A stretch of DNA of 64,000 nt, taken from assembly GCA_013265495.1 (NCBI GenBank), contig MU058645.1, positions 248,001 through 312,000 of the forward strand, in the 5' to 3' direction. Under the pieces are notes generated by a model, which was not told where the DNA came from, did no database searches, and was given only the letters and a program-made list of their open reading frames with translations. The DNA comes from Vicugna vicugna. Its lineage: Eukaryota. Positions within the stretch are counted from its first letter, which is position 1; every line of letters starts with the position of its first letter. The position numbers and the translations under genes were made by a program. Below are positions 1 through 10,649 of this stretch, piece by piece.

Positions 1-103
1 CTGGTGTAATAAACCTGATTTCTCCAACCCTCTGAGTATCTCTTGGTCTCTTGCCTGGATCCAGGTTGTTGTCACAACTGAGCTGTAACACTGAGCTGTA
101 ACA
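1..103 (+). mobile_element. Probable 3' end (R/U5) of an ERV LTR, truncated by the window edge
   Basis: AATAAA at 8-13, then a U5-like stretch ending in a 13-bp tandem duplication (ACTGAGCTGTAAC at 77-89 and 90-102) and a terminal TGTAACA. Family not determined. Confidence 0.4.
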
Positions 104-129
104 CACTTAGCTGCAACATAACTACTATT

Positions 130-207
130 ATTATGTACAAGTTTACAGATGAAGAAAGTGAGAATGAGAAAACAAGAAAGATAGGTGGTGTGCCCACAGT
201 CCCACAC
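130..207 (-). mobile_element. MIR SINE fragment
   Basis: TTTACAGATGAAGAAAGTGAG...TGCCCACAGTCCCAC resembles the antisense MIR core (TTTACAGATGAGGAAACTGAG...TGCCCAAGGTCACAC). Confidence 0.5.
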
Positions 208-559
208 CGAGGGAGAAGCCTTGTTGCTGTGACACAAAGTACACAGTAACCCAGTCTACAGGGGAAATGAAATTCAGGAAAGACATCACCAAGAAATCAT
301 CCTTCACTTGAGAATAAAAAGTGAATATATTTTCCTAGAAGGAAGGAATCTGAGGCAGATTAGGCACATAAAACAGAATTATCATTAGGGAAAAACGCCC
401 TTTTCTTTTTTTATACTACATTCTTTGTTCTATCTTATCTTTTTCATGACCAAATATGAATAGACTACAATTTCTTTCCGGTTGCATCCATTTTCATATC
501 TCAGAAGCCCTTTAAACTCAGGATGTTGAAAATTACAATTATTATGAGGACCAGTGACC

Positions 560-760
560 TCCCCTCCAAATCAGTCTCTTCCTGTGTTTCACACTTTATA
601 TCTGTCTCTGTGAACAGCACCACCGTCTGCTGTGATCCCCAAGCCAGAAAGCAAGTGGCGTTATCCTTAACTTTTCTCCAGCCTTCACCTTCTACATCCA
701 GTCAGTCAACCAGGACCTACTGATTCTACCTCCTAAATGCCCCTCCAGTCCATCCACTTT
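560..760 (+). mobile_element. L2 LINE fragment
   Basis: CCCAAGCCAGAAA...CATCCAGTCAGTCAACCAGGACCTACTGATTCTACCTCCTAAATG...TCCATCCACTT matches the typical L2 3' region. Confidence 0.7.
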
Positions 761-3700
761 GATCAAGTTTGAGAGCGACCGCCTGGTCTAATTGTTATAG
801 ATGGTGATGAAGAGTGACTCAGGCTCTTGCCGAGCGACCTTGACATCCTGCAATGAGCCGGCAGCTCACCTTGGAGGAAATGCTTCTGTGCTGGTCCTAA
901 CGCACAGATCCTCCAGTCTCGGGCTCTGCTGAAATGTGTGTCTCTTTAGGAATAGAATGGTTTTAATTACTTGAAATATTCCATTTTTACCTCAAAGAGG
1001 TGCGATGGTCATTTCATTGCCTAACAAGTTATATTAATTTCTATGCATAATGATCTCCTAGGGTTTCCTTTACTTTTGATCTCTGTAGATTGTACTGAAT
1101 ATTTCTCCAAATGATAACTTACAGCCAATTACTTCAAGACCAGCCCAGGCCAACTTCTTTTTTGATCAACTTTATTTCTAATGAAGACTGGAAAGAAATG
1201 TGCTGTCTAGTTTGTTAGAAGTATCTTTGCTTAGAATACTCAGTGGAAGTTCACTCCACTGAGCCTCAGAGGGCAGCAAATCAATCTTTCGAGGCTCCTA
1301 CTGGTTTGGCTTGTTGGGGATACGCATGCTGCTTCTTGTTTTCCTGAATCTTGCCTGACGGCTCCAGCTGCCCAGTGATCCAAAAGGGAAGAACGCGAGG
1401 AGGAGGTCGGAGCCAGGCTACGCCAAGGTCTGCATCAGGCATAGCTGCAGCTGCAGGCAACTTTCCACCCCTGAACCCTGGCCACAGAGCACCCCCTGGA
1501 TGTGAAATCAGACTGATTAGCTCTGAGTCCAAGTATTCCGTTGCCCTGAATTGACATCTGCCGTTTTTGGGATGACAGTACACCTGGGCTCAACGACGTG
1601 AGTTCTGAAGAGAAAACCACTAGCCTACCCTTCTCTGACAACCAGACTGCATCCTCGTCCCTCCCCAGATCCTGCTGCGGAGGGTTCTTCCAGGTCAGTG
1701 CATAACCCGAAATGACCTGCTGCAAATTCCACAGGCACATTTGTCTTAATGCAGTCCCTCCCAGCACTGCAGCAGCTGGCCTTCATTTGCATCCCAAATT
1801 TACCTTCCTTTCTGTTTCTTGAATCTAGCCCTGCTTCTCTTTAAGGACTTGGTTGTTAAAGACTGAAGTTGCTGGACACGTATTTTAAATTTATATGAGA
1901 GCTCCTTAAGAAAACACTTTCTGCTTGCCAGAGCTTCAGGAGGGCAGAGCTCTCCCATGCAGCCTTGTCCAGATCTTCTCCTTCGCTCCTGAGCTTTATG
2001 GGAAATCTCTGATTTCAGTGGGACCTGCAAAAATTCTAGTATAAATGCCATCACCCAAGAGAATGTCTTCCTTTTTATAAGCCAGTCATATGAAGACAGA
2101 ACTCCTTGGCCAATGCTATGTCTGCATGATTGATGCCAGGGCTCTCTCCAGGAAGAGCAGGAGCCCCAGCCTCACCTGGTGTATGCCTCTGAATGCTGCT
2201 GCTCCACAGAAGCCATCAGACAGTCAGGTACCAAAAAGGGGGGGGTGGTACTGGAGGGAAGGGGTCACTCAGGGTACTCAGTGAAGAGTTTAATGAATCT
2301 TCAGCAACACCTTTTCCATTATGTCAATTTATGGTAAGTATTTCATGATCAAACAAAAACAAAATAAAGCAAAACCAAACTTAAATCACAATTAAAGATT
2401 TATCTTCTTCTATGCAGGTAGCCCGAAAATGAAATCATTGGGCACTTCAGCTTCTCAATAAGAAGTATTTCCAACCGGAAACCACCTTATTTGCTTACTG
2501 TTTACAGCGACTTCTCTCTCCTCTGCTGACATTAATCTAAGTTAGCTCCACGAATGAGTCATTGGCGGGTTTAGGATGCCACACAGATGCACACGATCTG
2601 TGGAATATCTACAGAGAAGCTAGTGCATGTTGCATGGTCTTAAATACAGGCTGCTTTTCTCAAATGAGCACAGAGTATTTAAAGCAGGCTGTAGAATTGT
2701 CACAGTTTATAAATCAGTGAAATTAGTGCTGGAGCTCACTGAAGCTGTGTCAAAGCTGCGCCTGTAATTGACACGCATATATTCCATGCATCTGTAACTG
2801 ACATGCATCTGCCCTGTAAAGGGCAACGTTCAGCTATTTGTGTGGCCAAATGGAATGCTGCAGCTTGATTCCAGCAGCAATTCACTATGCAGAGACATTT
2901 TACGTAAGTGCTCTAGCCAGAGAACCAACATTTTCACTGGAATTTAAGTTAGAATTTGCACATATGTGGAGCTACAGGTGCCTAAATCTATCAACTCGAA
3001 CACAAACAGGTATAATCAAATTTAACATGTTTAAAATTAGATATAGTTTTTCTTTCTTCTTATTTTATTGTTAAGTTTATTGATTTTTTTTTCTGACTTC
3101 CCATTTTATCTGATCCCACTTGTATCTGGTTTGGTCAGTATATCAAATGGGGGAGTCTTATGCTCTTAAGTTTTGTCTGTATTTTAAAGTCCAGCTCAGA
3201 TACTGAGATGCTTGAAAAAGATGGCATCTGGAGCAGTGATGCAAGAAATCTTAGTAGAATCAAGCTGTCGACAAGGAGGAATCACAGATGTTGAATTGGT
3301 TGCACATAATTGACTAAATGACAAAAGCATCTACTACATGCCTGCTTCTCTCTATCGGACTGATTTGAGCCTTAAAAAAAGTTATATGTCTCTAAATTTT
3401 ACATTGAATATTTCACTTTTTTAGACTCTCATTATAAAATTGAAGACTGTTTTAACACAAATTATTTTGTCTCCATAAAATTCAAATATGCTTGAAAATA
3501 ATGATGCTTCGTAAAGTATCTGTTTTCAAAAAGTGGATATTGCTATTAAAGATACCACTGATTAAAATGCATCATACAGGGTTGAGATGATCATTGTGTA
3601 AGTTGATATAGTAACAGGGCACGAAGTAATGTCTCATTGTTTTAGGCATAACTGTCAATGAAGATGCAGGTATGGATAATAGAAGGTATGTTTTGACTCT

Positions 3701-4439
3701 TCTATTGCCTACAAGTGTATTAAAAATTCCCTTTAGCTCTCTCTCCTTTTTAAGAGATGTTTTTTACTTATTGGTCAGTTTGTTTTGGTAGAACATTAGA
3801 TGGTCTGTTAGCACGTCATTGTTTATATACTTTCTTACTGGTAAGTCACCTATATAGTATTTTCTATGATTTTAAATCACTGGTTTACAAAAATCCAAAA
3901 AAATGAATCCACTTCTTAACTCTTCTGTCTATTCAGAGTCTTTTCTCCTCTCATTAATCCATCATTCCGAATGTGGCCAACCAGATTTTCCTATGATAAT
4001 AGAGTTCTAAAATTTAACAAGGGTTTTATGAAAATGTATCAAGGTATTCTAGAACCAGCTTTTCTGTATTTGAATGGTCATGACGAATTTTCTTCTGTCC
4101 TAAACTACCTTTAGATTGTGACAAAGAGGAGAAATTGGAGAATTTCTATATTTTATTAAAGATGAGGAAGAAGAAGATGTGTGAAGACCTGGAGTGAAAG
4201 CCTGTGTTAAACTTGCTTGACAAACCCCAGCCCATTCAAGTGCACCTGCCCTCCTGTGCCTGCACGTGTGAAGATGACCAGCCTGGGGAAGAGCCTACTG
4301 CCCTGGGAACTGGTGCCACCTGAAATTAAGAAATAGTGGCCTAATGAGATTCTTAATCAAGACTATTATTTGCAGATATTTCTTTAGTTCATTCACTCTT
4401 CCCTTCTCTTAGGTCAATATCCCACACCTTCTCTTCAAA

Positions 4440-5021
4440 AGTTCAACATTGTCACCCTCTTATTCTCAGCTAATGGTGTTACTTCCAGATTCTTGAAAAA
4501 GAAATAGAAGAAATAAAAAGATGACTTCCACAGCCTCCCACTACCACATCTACCCGTCTTTGCTCATCTATGCCACGTTCTCTCTTCTTTCTGTGATCGA
4601 ACTGAGCGTGCTCCCAGCTACAATCGAAGTCTCTGGTTTTCACTAGATGCTGTTCCCTCTCACTGACTCAAGATCATCACTTCAGTGAGTATTCTCATCT
4701 CCTCCTGCGTGGTCACTAGGTTCTCTGGATGTTTCCTATCAGCATTCAGACATTATTTCCCTGAAGTTCAAAGCAAACAGAATCCTTACTTGACTCCATT
4801 ACATTGGTAACTGTTTCATTTCTCTTTTGTTTTACAGTTAAACTCTTCAAAAGAGTTGCACATATGCACTACTTCTGTTCCTTGAACCCCCTTGTTCCTT
4901 GAACCTACTCCAGTTCAGCTTTTGCCAAACTGCTCCATCAATTGATGCCTTGTACATTTATAAATCCTTTTCTATAGCAATAGCATAACCCTAGCTATAT
5001 ATTTATATCTATCTTTAAAAG

Positions 5022-5059
<38 letters not shown>

Positions 5060-5388
5060 TGACATTTAAATATTTTACTATTTGACATTTTAATACTACA
5101 AATAATGTTTGACATTATTTGACTCTCATGTTCAATGTTCATCTTCCTTAACTCCTTCTGCACTTGACTTTCCTGATGCCAAATTCTCCTGGTTTTATTG
5201 TTACCTCACTGGCTATTCTTCTTCATTTACTTTGCAAGTTCCTTCTCATCTTTCTAACCATTTCATTGGAGTGATCCAGAGCTGGCTTGGTAGAACAATC
5301 TCTCCTCTACCCAAACACGATGATTTAATCTAATTTCATGTCTCTGAATACCTCCCAAATTTCTGTTTCCAACCTGGATCTCTCTACT
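4440..5388 (+). mobile_element. L2 LINE fragments, interrupted by an AT-rich/(TA)n block
   Basis: Pyrimidine-rich L2-like motifs (GACTTCCACAGCCTCCCACTACCACATCTACC; TTCTCCTGGTTTT...CCTCACTGGC; CCTCCCAAATTTCTGTTTCCAACCTGGATCTCTC). Confidence 0.65.
5023..5054. repeat. (TA)16 microsatellite
   Basis: Perfect TA run read directly. Confidence 0.95.
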
Positions 5389-6135
5389 GGAAGACAGTTT
5401 GGCACTTTCTTATAAAAATACACATACCCTCACTGTACAACTCAGCAGCCATGCTCCTCAGTATTTGCCCAAAAGAATTGAATACTTACATCCATACAAA
5501 AGCTGCACATAGATGCTTACAGCAGCTTTATTTATAATTGCCAAAGCTTGAAGCAACTAAGATGACCCTCAGCAGGTGAATGGGTAAATAAACTGTGGTA
5601 CAGCTAGACAGTGAAATATTTTTCAGCACTAAAAAGAAATGAGTTATTAAGCCATGAAAGACGTGGAGGAAAGTCAAATGCATATTGCAAAGCGAAAGAA
5701 AGCAATGTGTAAAAATTACATACTATGTGATTCCAACTATATGACATTCTGGAAAAAGCAAAACCATAGACACAGTAAAAAGATCAGTGGTTACCTGGAG
5801 TTGGGTGATGGGATGGGAAGAAGATTGAATAGGCAGAGCGCAGATTTTTTGGACAGTGAAAACAGCCTGCATGACATCATAATGATGGATGTATATCATT
5901 GTACATCTGTCCAGACCCACAGACTGTACAACACTTACTGTGAACCTTAATGTAAACTGTAGACTTGGAGCAATTATGATGTGTCAATACGGATTCATCA
6001 GTTATAACAAATGTGCCACTCTGGTGGGGGGAGGAGTCTATGAGTGTGTTGGGGCAAGGGTTGTATGGGAAATCTCTCCATCTTTCTCTTAATTTTGCTA
6101 TGAACTTTAAACTGCTCTAAAAAATTCTTAGTTAA
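5388..6135 (+). mobile_element. LINE-1 3' end, L1MC-like
   Basis: ORF2-end motifs (GGAAGACAGTTTGGC, ATAAACTGTGGTACA) followed by an L1MC-type 3' UTR (GTGAACCTTAATGTAAACT...AACAAATGTGCCACTCTGGTGGGG...AAACTGCTCTAAAAAA). Confidence 0.85.
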
Positions 6136-6219
6136 AAACAAAAATCATAAATTTGAGCACAATGTTTGATTATTAAAAATCTTATGTAGTAGTTTTATCT
6201 TACCTTACTTTATTTAAAT

Positions 6220-6697
6220 TAATTTCCCTAAAGATGTCCATGCCCTACTTGTTGGAATTTGTGACTGTATTACCATACATAGCAAAGGGACCCTGTAGAT
6301 GTCACTAAGTTAAGCGTTTTGAGATGAGGATGCTATCCTGGATTATCTAGACGCACCTAATTTAATCACAAGGATTCTTACAGGGGGAGGCAGCTGGAGT
6401 CAGAGAAGATCTGTGACTGTGGAAGCAGACATCAGAGAAAGTTTGAAGACACTATGTTATTGGCCTTGAAGACGGAGGAAGTGGCCTCCCGCCAAGGGAT
6501 TCAGGCAGCCTCAAGAATCTGGAAAGTGCATGGAAATGGATTCCTTCCGAGAGTGTCCAGGAGGAGCACAGCCTGCTGTGGCCGCGAGTGAAACTGATTT
6601 GGGCTGCTTACTTTAGAACTGTGAGATGATAAATTTGTGTTGTTTTAGACGAAAAGTCTATGCTACCTTCTCCCAGCAGCAATAGGAAACAAATACA
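6220..6697 (+). mobile_element. MaLR solo LTR, MLT1C/D-like
   Basis: AAAGATGTCCATGCCCTA...ATCCTGGATTATCTAG...GGCCTTGAAGACGGAGGAAG...ATAAATTTGTGTTGTTTTA...CAGCAGCAATAGGAAACAAATACA terminus. Confidence 0.85.
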
Positions 6698-6764
6698 AAT
6701 TATTTGCTGAAAAGTCGTATTTTCAGCCAAATTGTGTGACCTCTCCACTTAAAATTACAAGAGC

Positions 6765-6950
6765 TTCTTTCCACCTTCTGTGCCTTATTTTCATGCTTTA
6801 TTTTTCTCTTTTCACTTATCACTACCTGACATTTTGTTTGTTCTTTCATCCCCACCCCCTCCTTAGGAATTTACGGATCCATGAGAGAAGAAACGCTGTT
6901 TAGTCGCTGCCATTTTGCCAGCACCTGGGCAGTAGCAGACTGGTGCTCGC
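6765..6950 (+). mobile_element. L2 3' end fragment
   Basis: TGCTTTATTTTTCTC...CACTTATCACTACCTGACAT...CCATGAGAG...CCAGCACCTGG; probably continues the 4440-5388 L2. Confidence 0.6.
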
Positions 6951-7819
6951 TCAGACTGTGCTTGTGTGGGTGCTGAACATGGGAGGAAAAGGAGGTTGTG
7001 CACTATGAGTTCTTCATCTGAGAGACACTGCTCGCCTTCCTCCACGCTGCTCCCTCTTTATAACCATTGGCACCTTTCTGGGCTCTGAATCTTCTGCCTG
7101 CACCTTTATAATGGCACGTGGTGCATTACTTTATGTTTAGTTATTGTATTCTCTCCTCATATTAATTCTAGGAGAGCCAGATCATACTCATTTTTGCATA
7201 CATAATGCACAATGCCAGGTACACAGTAGGGTCTCCAGTTGTGGCTTACTGGTATAAAAGTCAGAACTGTTAACACTCTTATATAAAAAGCAATGCAGTC
7301 TACTGGGAAGAGTCTCTCATGCTAGAAATCACAGTCATAATACGCTATACAACTCACTAAACCTTTCTTGGACAACTTGCATTGAATTATAACATAATTC
7401 TCACCTCACAGGGTTATTACAAGGCTCAATTGTAATAATTATAAGTATATGTGTAAATATATATATATATATTTCTCTGTGAATTATAAACCATTATAAC
7501 CTCACAAGGTTATAATATAATATCCCCAAATAAAGCCAGAAATAATTTGGTGTCTGGTGATGAATGTCTCCTTTTTATAGAAGCATTTGTAGATTCTCAA
7601 CCAAATACAGTCACTGCCATGCTCTTATCTTCTATTTATAAATGAATGACAGTCAAATCTAGATCCCCATTCCCTTGCATTTTAAGTTCAGGAATAGACA
7701 TATACTTTCATCACTAAGTGGAATTGTGAAAGTTGGCATGATTTAAATCTATTTACAGTTATCAGTTCAATACACTATTGGACAAACCTTTGCTCTGTGA
7801 CTGCTGTTTGCCAGGTATT

Positions 7820-8230
7820 TATTGCTGTGGGCAATAAACTATCTAGCAATGGAGTGTCATGGCCACTGTGCTTCAAAGGATCACTCCATAACTCTGTGAA
7901 GGTTGAATTTAAGGGCCAAGCCAAAGGCGTGAGGGTTATTATGTGGCTCTCATAGTTATCCAAGGAAGGGATGAGGGTCCTGCTAACTAAAGTCATCTTT
8001 AATGTTGGCTTAGTGGACTTAACTGCACTTAAGAAACGGAAAGTAAAATATACAGATTTGTTGTTTGATAACGTAGGTAAGGCACAGTCCCAGTGTGGGT
8101 GATCAGGTGGTTGGTGATCCTGGCTATGACAGAATGTAGAAGAAAGCGTTGGTTTAGAGGGTGGATCGTTAGTTTAATATATGACAGCCATTTTGGCAGA
8201 TTGACTGAAGCATCTCAGGAGCATTGTGAT
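7820..8230 (-). mobile_element. L2 fragment
   Basis: TTCAAAGGATCACTC...ATCCAAGGAAGGGATGAGGG and TTTAATATATGACA motifs resemble antisense L2. Confidence 0.5.
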
Positions 8231-9221
8231 GACCCACTCAAGTTTGGACCGTGGATAAATGATAGGGCTTTTAATTTTTTTTCCTGAAGCACTAGGTTAA
8301 CTTGTAGTTTTGAAGAGTGGAGTAGACGTTTCCCTCTGTCATCACATTGAAACATCAACGTGTTAGAGAAGTGACCTTATCCTCCTGAGTGATTTGTTAA
8401 AATATGTTTTGTGCCCAGTGGCAGATTTTCAGCTTTCTAGTAAATGAAGAAACTTAAGCCTTAACACTCCCAAAGGGACTTTCCAACAACTCTGATAAAC
8501 ACTAAAATAAATGTCCTCCATGAAACATTGCAGATAGAACCATCACAACACATCATAATGAAAACGTGTGTCATATATTGATATTTTTAGCTACCACTGG
8601 ATCTTCATTAATGCACACTGTAGATGCTTTTTCTGAAACGTCATGCCGTTTTCCTAGATGAAATGTATTTTAGAGAGAAGCTCTGACAGATCTGATGTGA
8701 CAAGCACTGTTCTGCAATTATTGTGTGTCTCTGACAGTGACATCCTCTAATTCATACTCATGACATTCTTGGGCATATAGGATTATTAGCAATTATTTTT
8801 TAGATGGGAAAGCTGAATCAATGAGTGCAGTGACAGTCAAGCAAGAGTGTTGGTTGTGAAGCCAAAAGATAGGCTCAAATCTAGGCTTATGCAAGTTATT
8901 TAATATCTTCAAGCCACAATTTACTCATTGATAAAGTAAGACTATCTGTACAATGGAAATATTTTTTAAAATATTATTTATCTAGCGAATGCTGTTAATT
9001 AGTACTTAGTAACTGACATGTAACAAATGCTGGTAAATGTCCTTTCACACCACTTATGCATGCCGTTTGATTTCACTTCAAAACCACTAAAAACCAAAAA
9101 TAAATTAAACAGGAAATGTCTGCTTCTGACAGTAACAGAGCAGAGTAGATCAATACAACTGCTCAAAATAACAAAAAAGCTTGAGACATGCCTGCATACA
9201 TGCATGCATATAATTTATATG

Positions 9222-9850
9222 CAGTTGGTTTTTACTATTCATGGTGGTCAGGTTCTAGAAAGTCACCATGAACAACTACTGAACCATTCTCCTCAGGGAA
9301 ACACAGAGTTAGTTTACTTCAAAACTCTGGTCATAAATTTTTTGTCAGCTGATCAATACATAATCTTGTTGTATGTACATTTCTGTTTAAGTACACCTTA
9401 TTTAATATGTATTGCTGATTTATTAGCACAAAACTCACAGTCAACAGCACTGTAACTATAAGTCATGTCTGAAGGAAGCTTCTCTCTAACATGTATTTTC
9501 TTTATAAGGCACATTACAGCCCTCTTGTGTTTAGAAATGCTGGCCAATGCTTCAGCACTATTTTAAACACTATATTTTAAACAATGAAATCACCAAAAAA
9601 AGAACACCAAAATGCAAAAAAGCATGGCATGGCACTAAATGGACACACAAAAAGCCACCTGTTTAGTGTGTGCACTGAAAACAAAAAGGTGGAACATTGT
9701 CTCGTACATCCTCAGCCGGGAATTTGTCATCCCATACATGTTTGTGAATAATCATGAAAGTACCAAGAGTATTCATTTTGAGTTATAAATGTATTTTAGC
9801 AAGTAAGTGAATTTGTAAATATTGAATCTATGAATAATGAGGATCAAATG
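9222..9850 (-). mobile_element. Non-autonomous Tc1/mariner-Tigger DNA transposon, MER82-like, near full length
   Basis: Degenerate terminal inverted repeats (CAGTTGGTTTTTACTATTCATGG / CTATGAATAATGAGGATCAAATG) with TA on the right flank. The reverse complement begins CATTTGATCCTCATTATTCATAGATTCAATATTTACAAATTCACTTACTTGCTAAAAT, as in the MER82 consensus I recall. Confidence 0.8.
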
Positions 9851-9879
9851 TATATGCAAATATTTTACATCCAGTAAAT

Positions 9880-10545
9880 GTATTTTTCAAAACCAAAAGA
9901 ATAAAAGGCAGTACCAGATAAAAAAAGCTAGAAGAATTTACTGATAGGAGAACTATACAGCAATAAATACTAAAGGGAGTCCTTTCGGCTGAATAAAAAG
10001 AATTACACTATGAAGTGTGTGAAGTATACAACCGAAGAGATGAAGCTAAAAGGATTAATATTTGGTGACTTTAAAAATGGTAGAAGGAAAGGCATGCTCA
10101 TGCATACAAATATTTAACTTAATTATCATCTGTCATATAAAACATATTAAATTTCTAATAAGTTATTGTGTGGAATACAAAAATGTAATGACACAATCAG
10201 AAAGAAAGTAATCAGAAGCAGACTCAGAAATGACACAAAGTTAGATATAGAGATTTAAAAAATAATTACGATTGTTAAATTAAGTACCAATGAAAAAGGT
10301 AGACAAAAATGCAGGATGAGCAGAGTAATTTCAGCAGAGATTGAAATTAAAAATAAAATAGAAATTCTGGAAATTAGAAACAGTGCCAGAAATGAAGATT
10401 GCTTTCAACTGGCCCTTCACTATTTCACACAGCCTAGGAAAAGGTGAATGAGCCTGAACACAAGTGAATAGAAATTACCTAAACTGAAATTAAAAAAGAA
10501 AAAAAATTAAAAATTAAAAAGACAGAACCTCTCAGAACTGTGAGG
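9880..10545 (+). mobile_element. Old LINE-1 (L1M) ORF1-region fragments
   Basis: A-rich ORF1-type motifs (AATTTCAGCAGAGA, AAATAGAAATTCTGGAA, ATAGAAATTACCTAAACTGAAA, CCTCTCAGAACTGTG). Confidence 0.7.
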
Positions 10546-10649
10546 GAAAAGTAGACTCAAAGGTTGCAGACAGAAGCAGAGAACACAGTGAAATTCCTCC
10601 AGGCATCCTGAGTCTTCACCATGTGCGAGGAGGCAGCCTAAAAATGCCA

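Noticed and set aside
4876..4905. Direct repeat TGTTCCTTGAACC x2, also the 13-bp duplication at 77-102, as a CRISPR-like or functional array
   Set aside because: Only two copies each, inside old repeats; ordinary slippage duplications. Eukaryotic DNA with no spacer array.
9027..9455. 142-aa ORF as a transposase or gene
   Set aside because: It spans the junction into the non-autonomous MER82-like element and has no DDE or HTH motifs.
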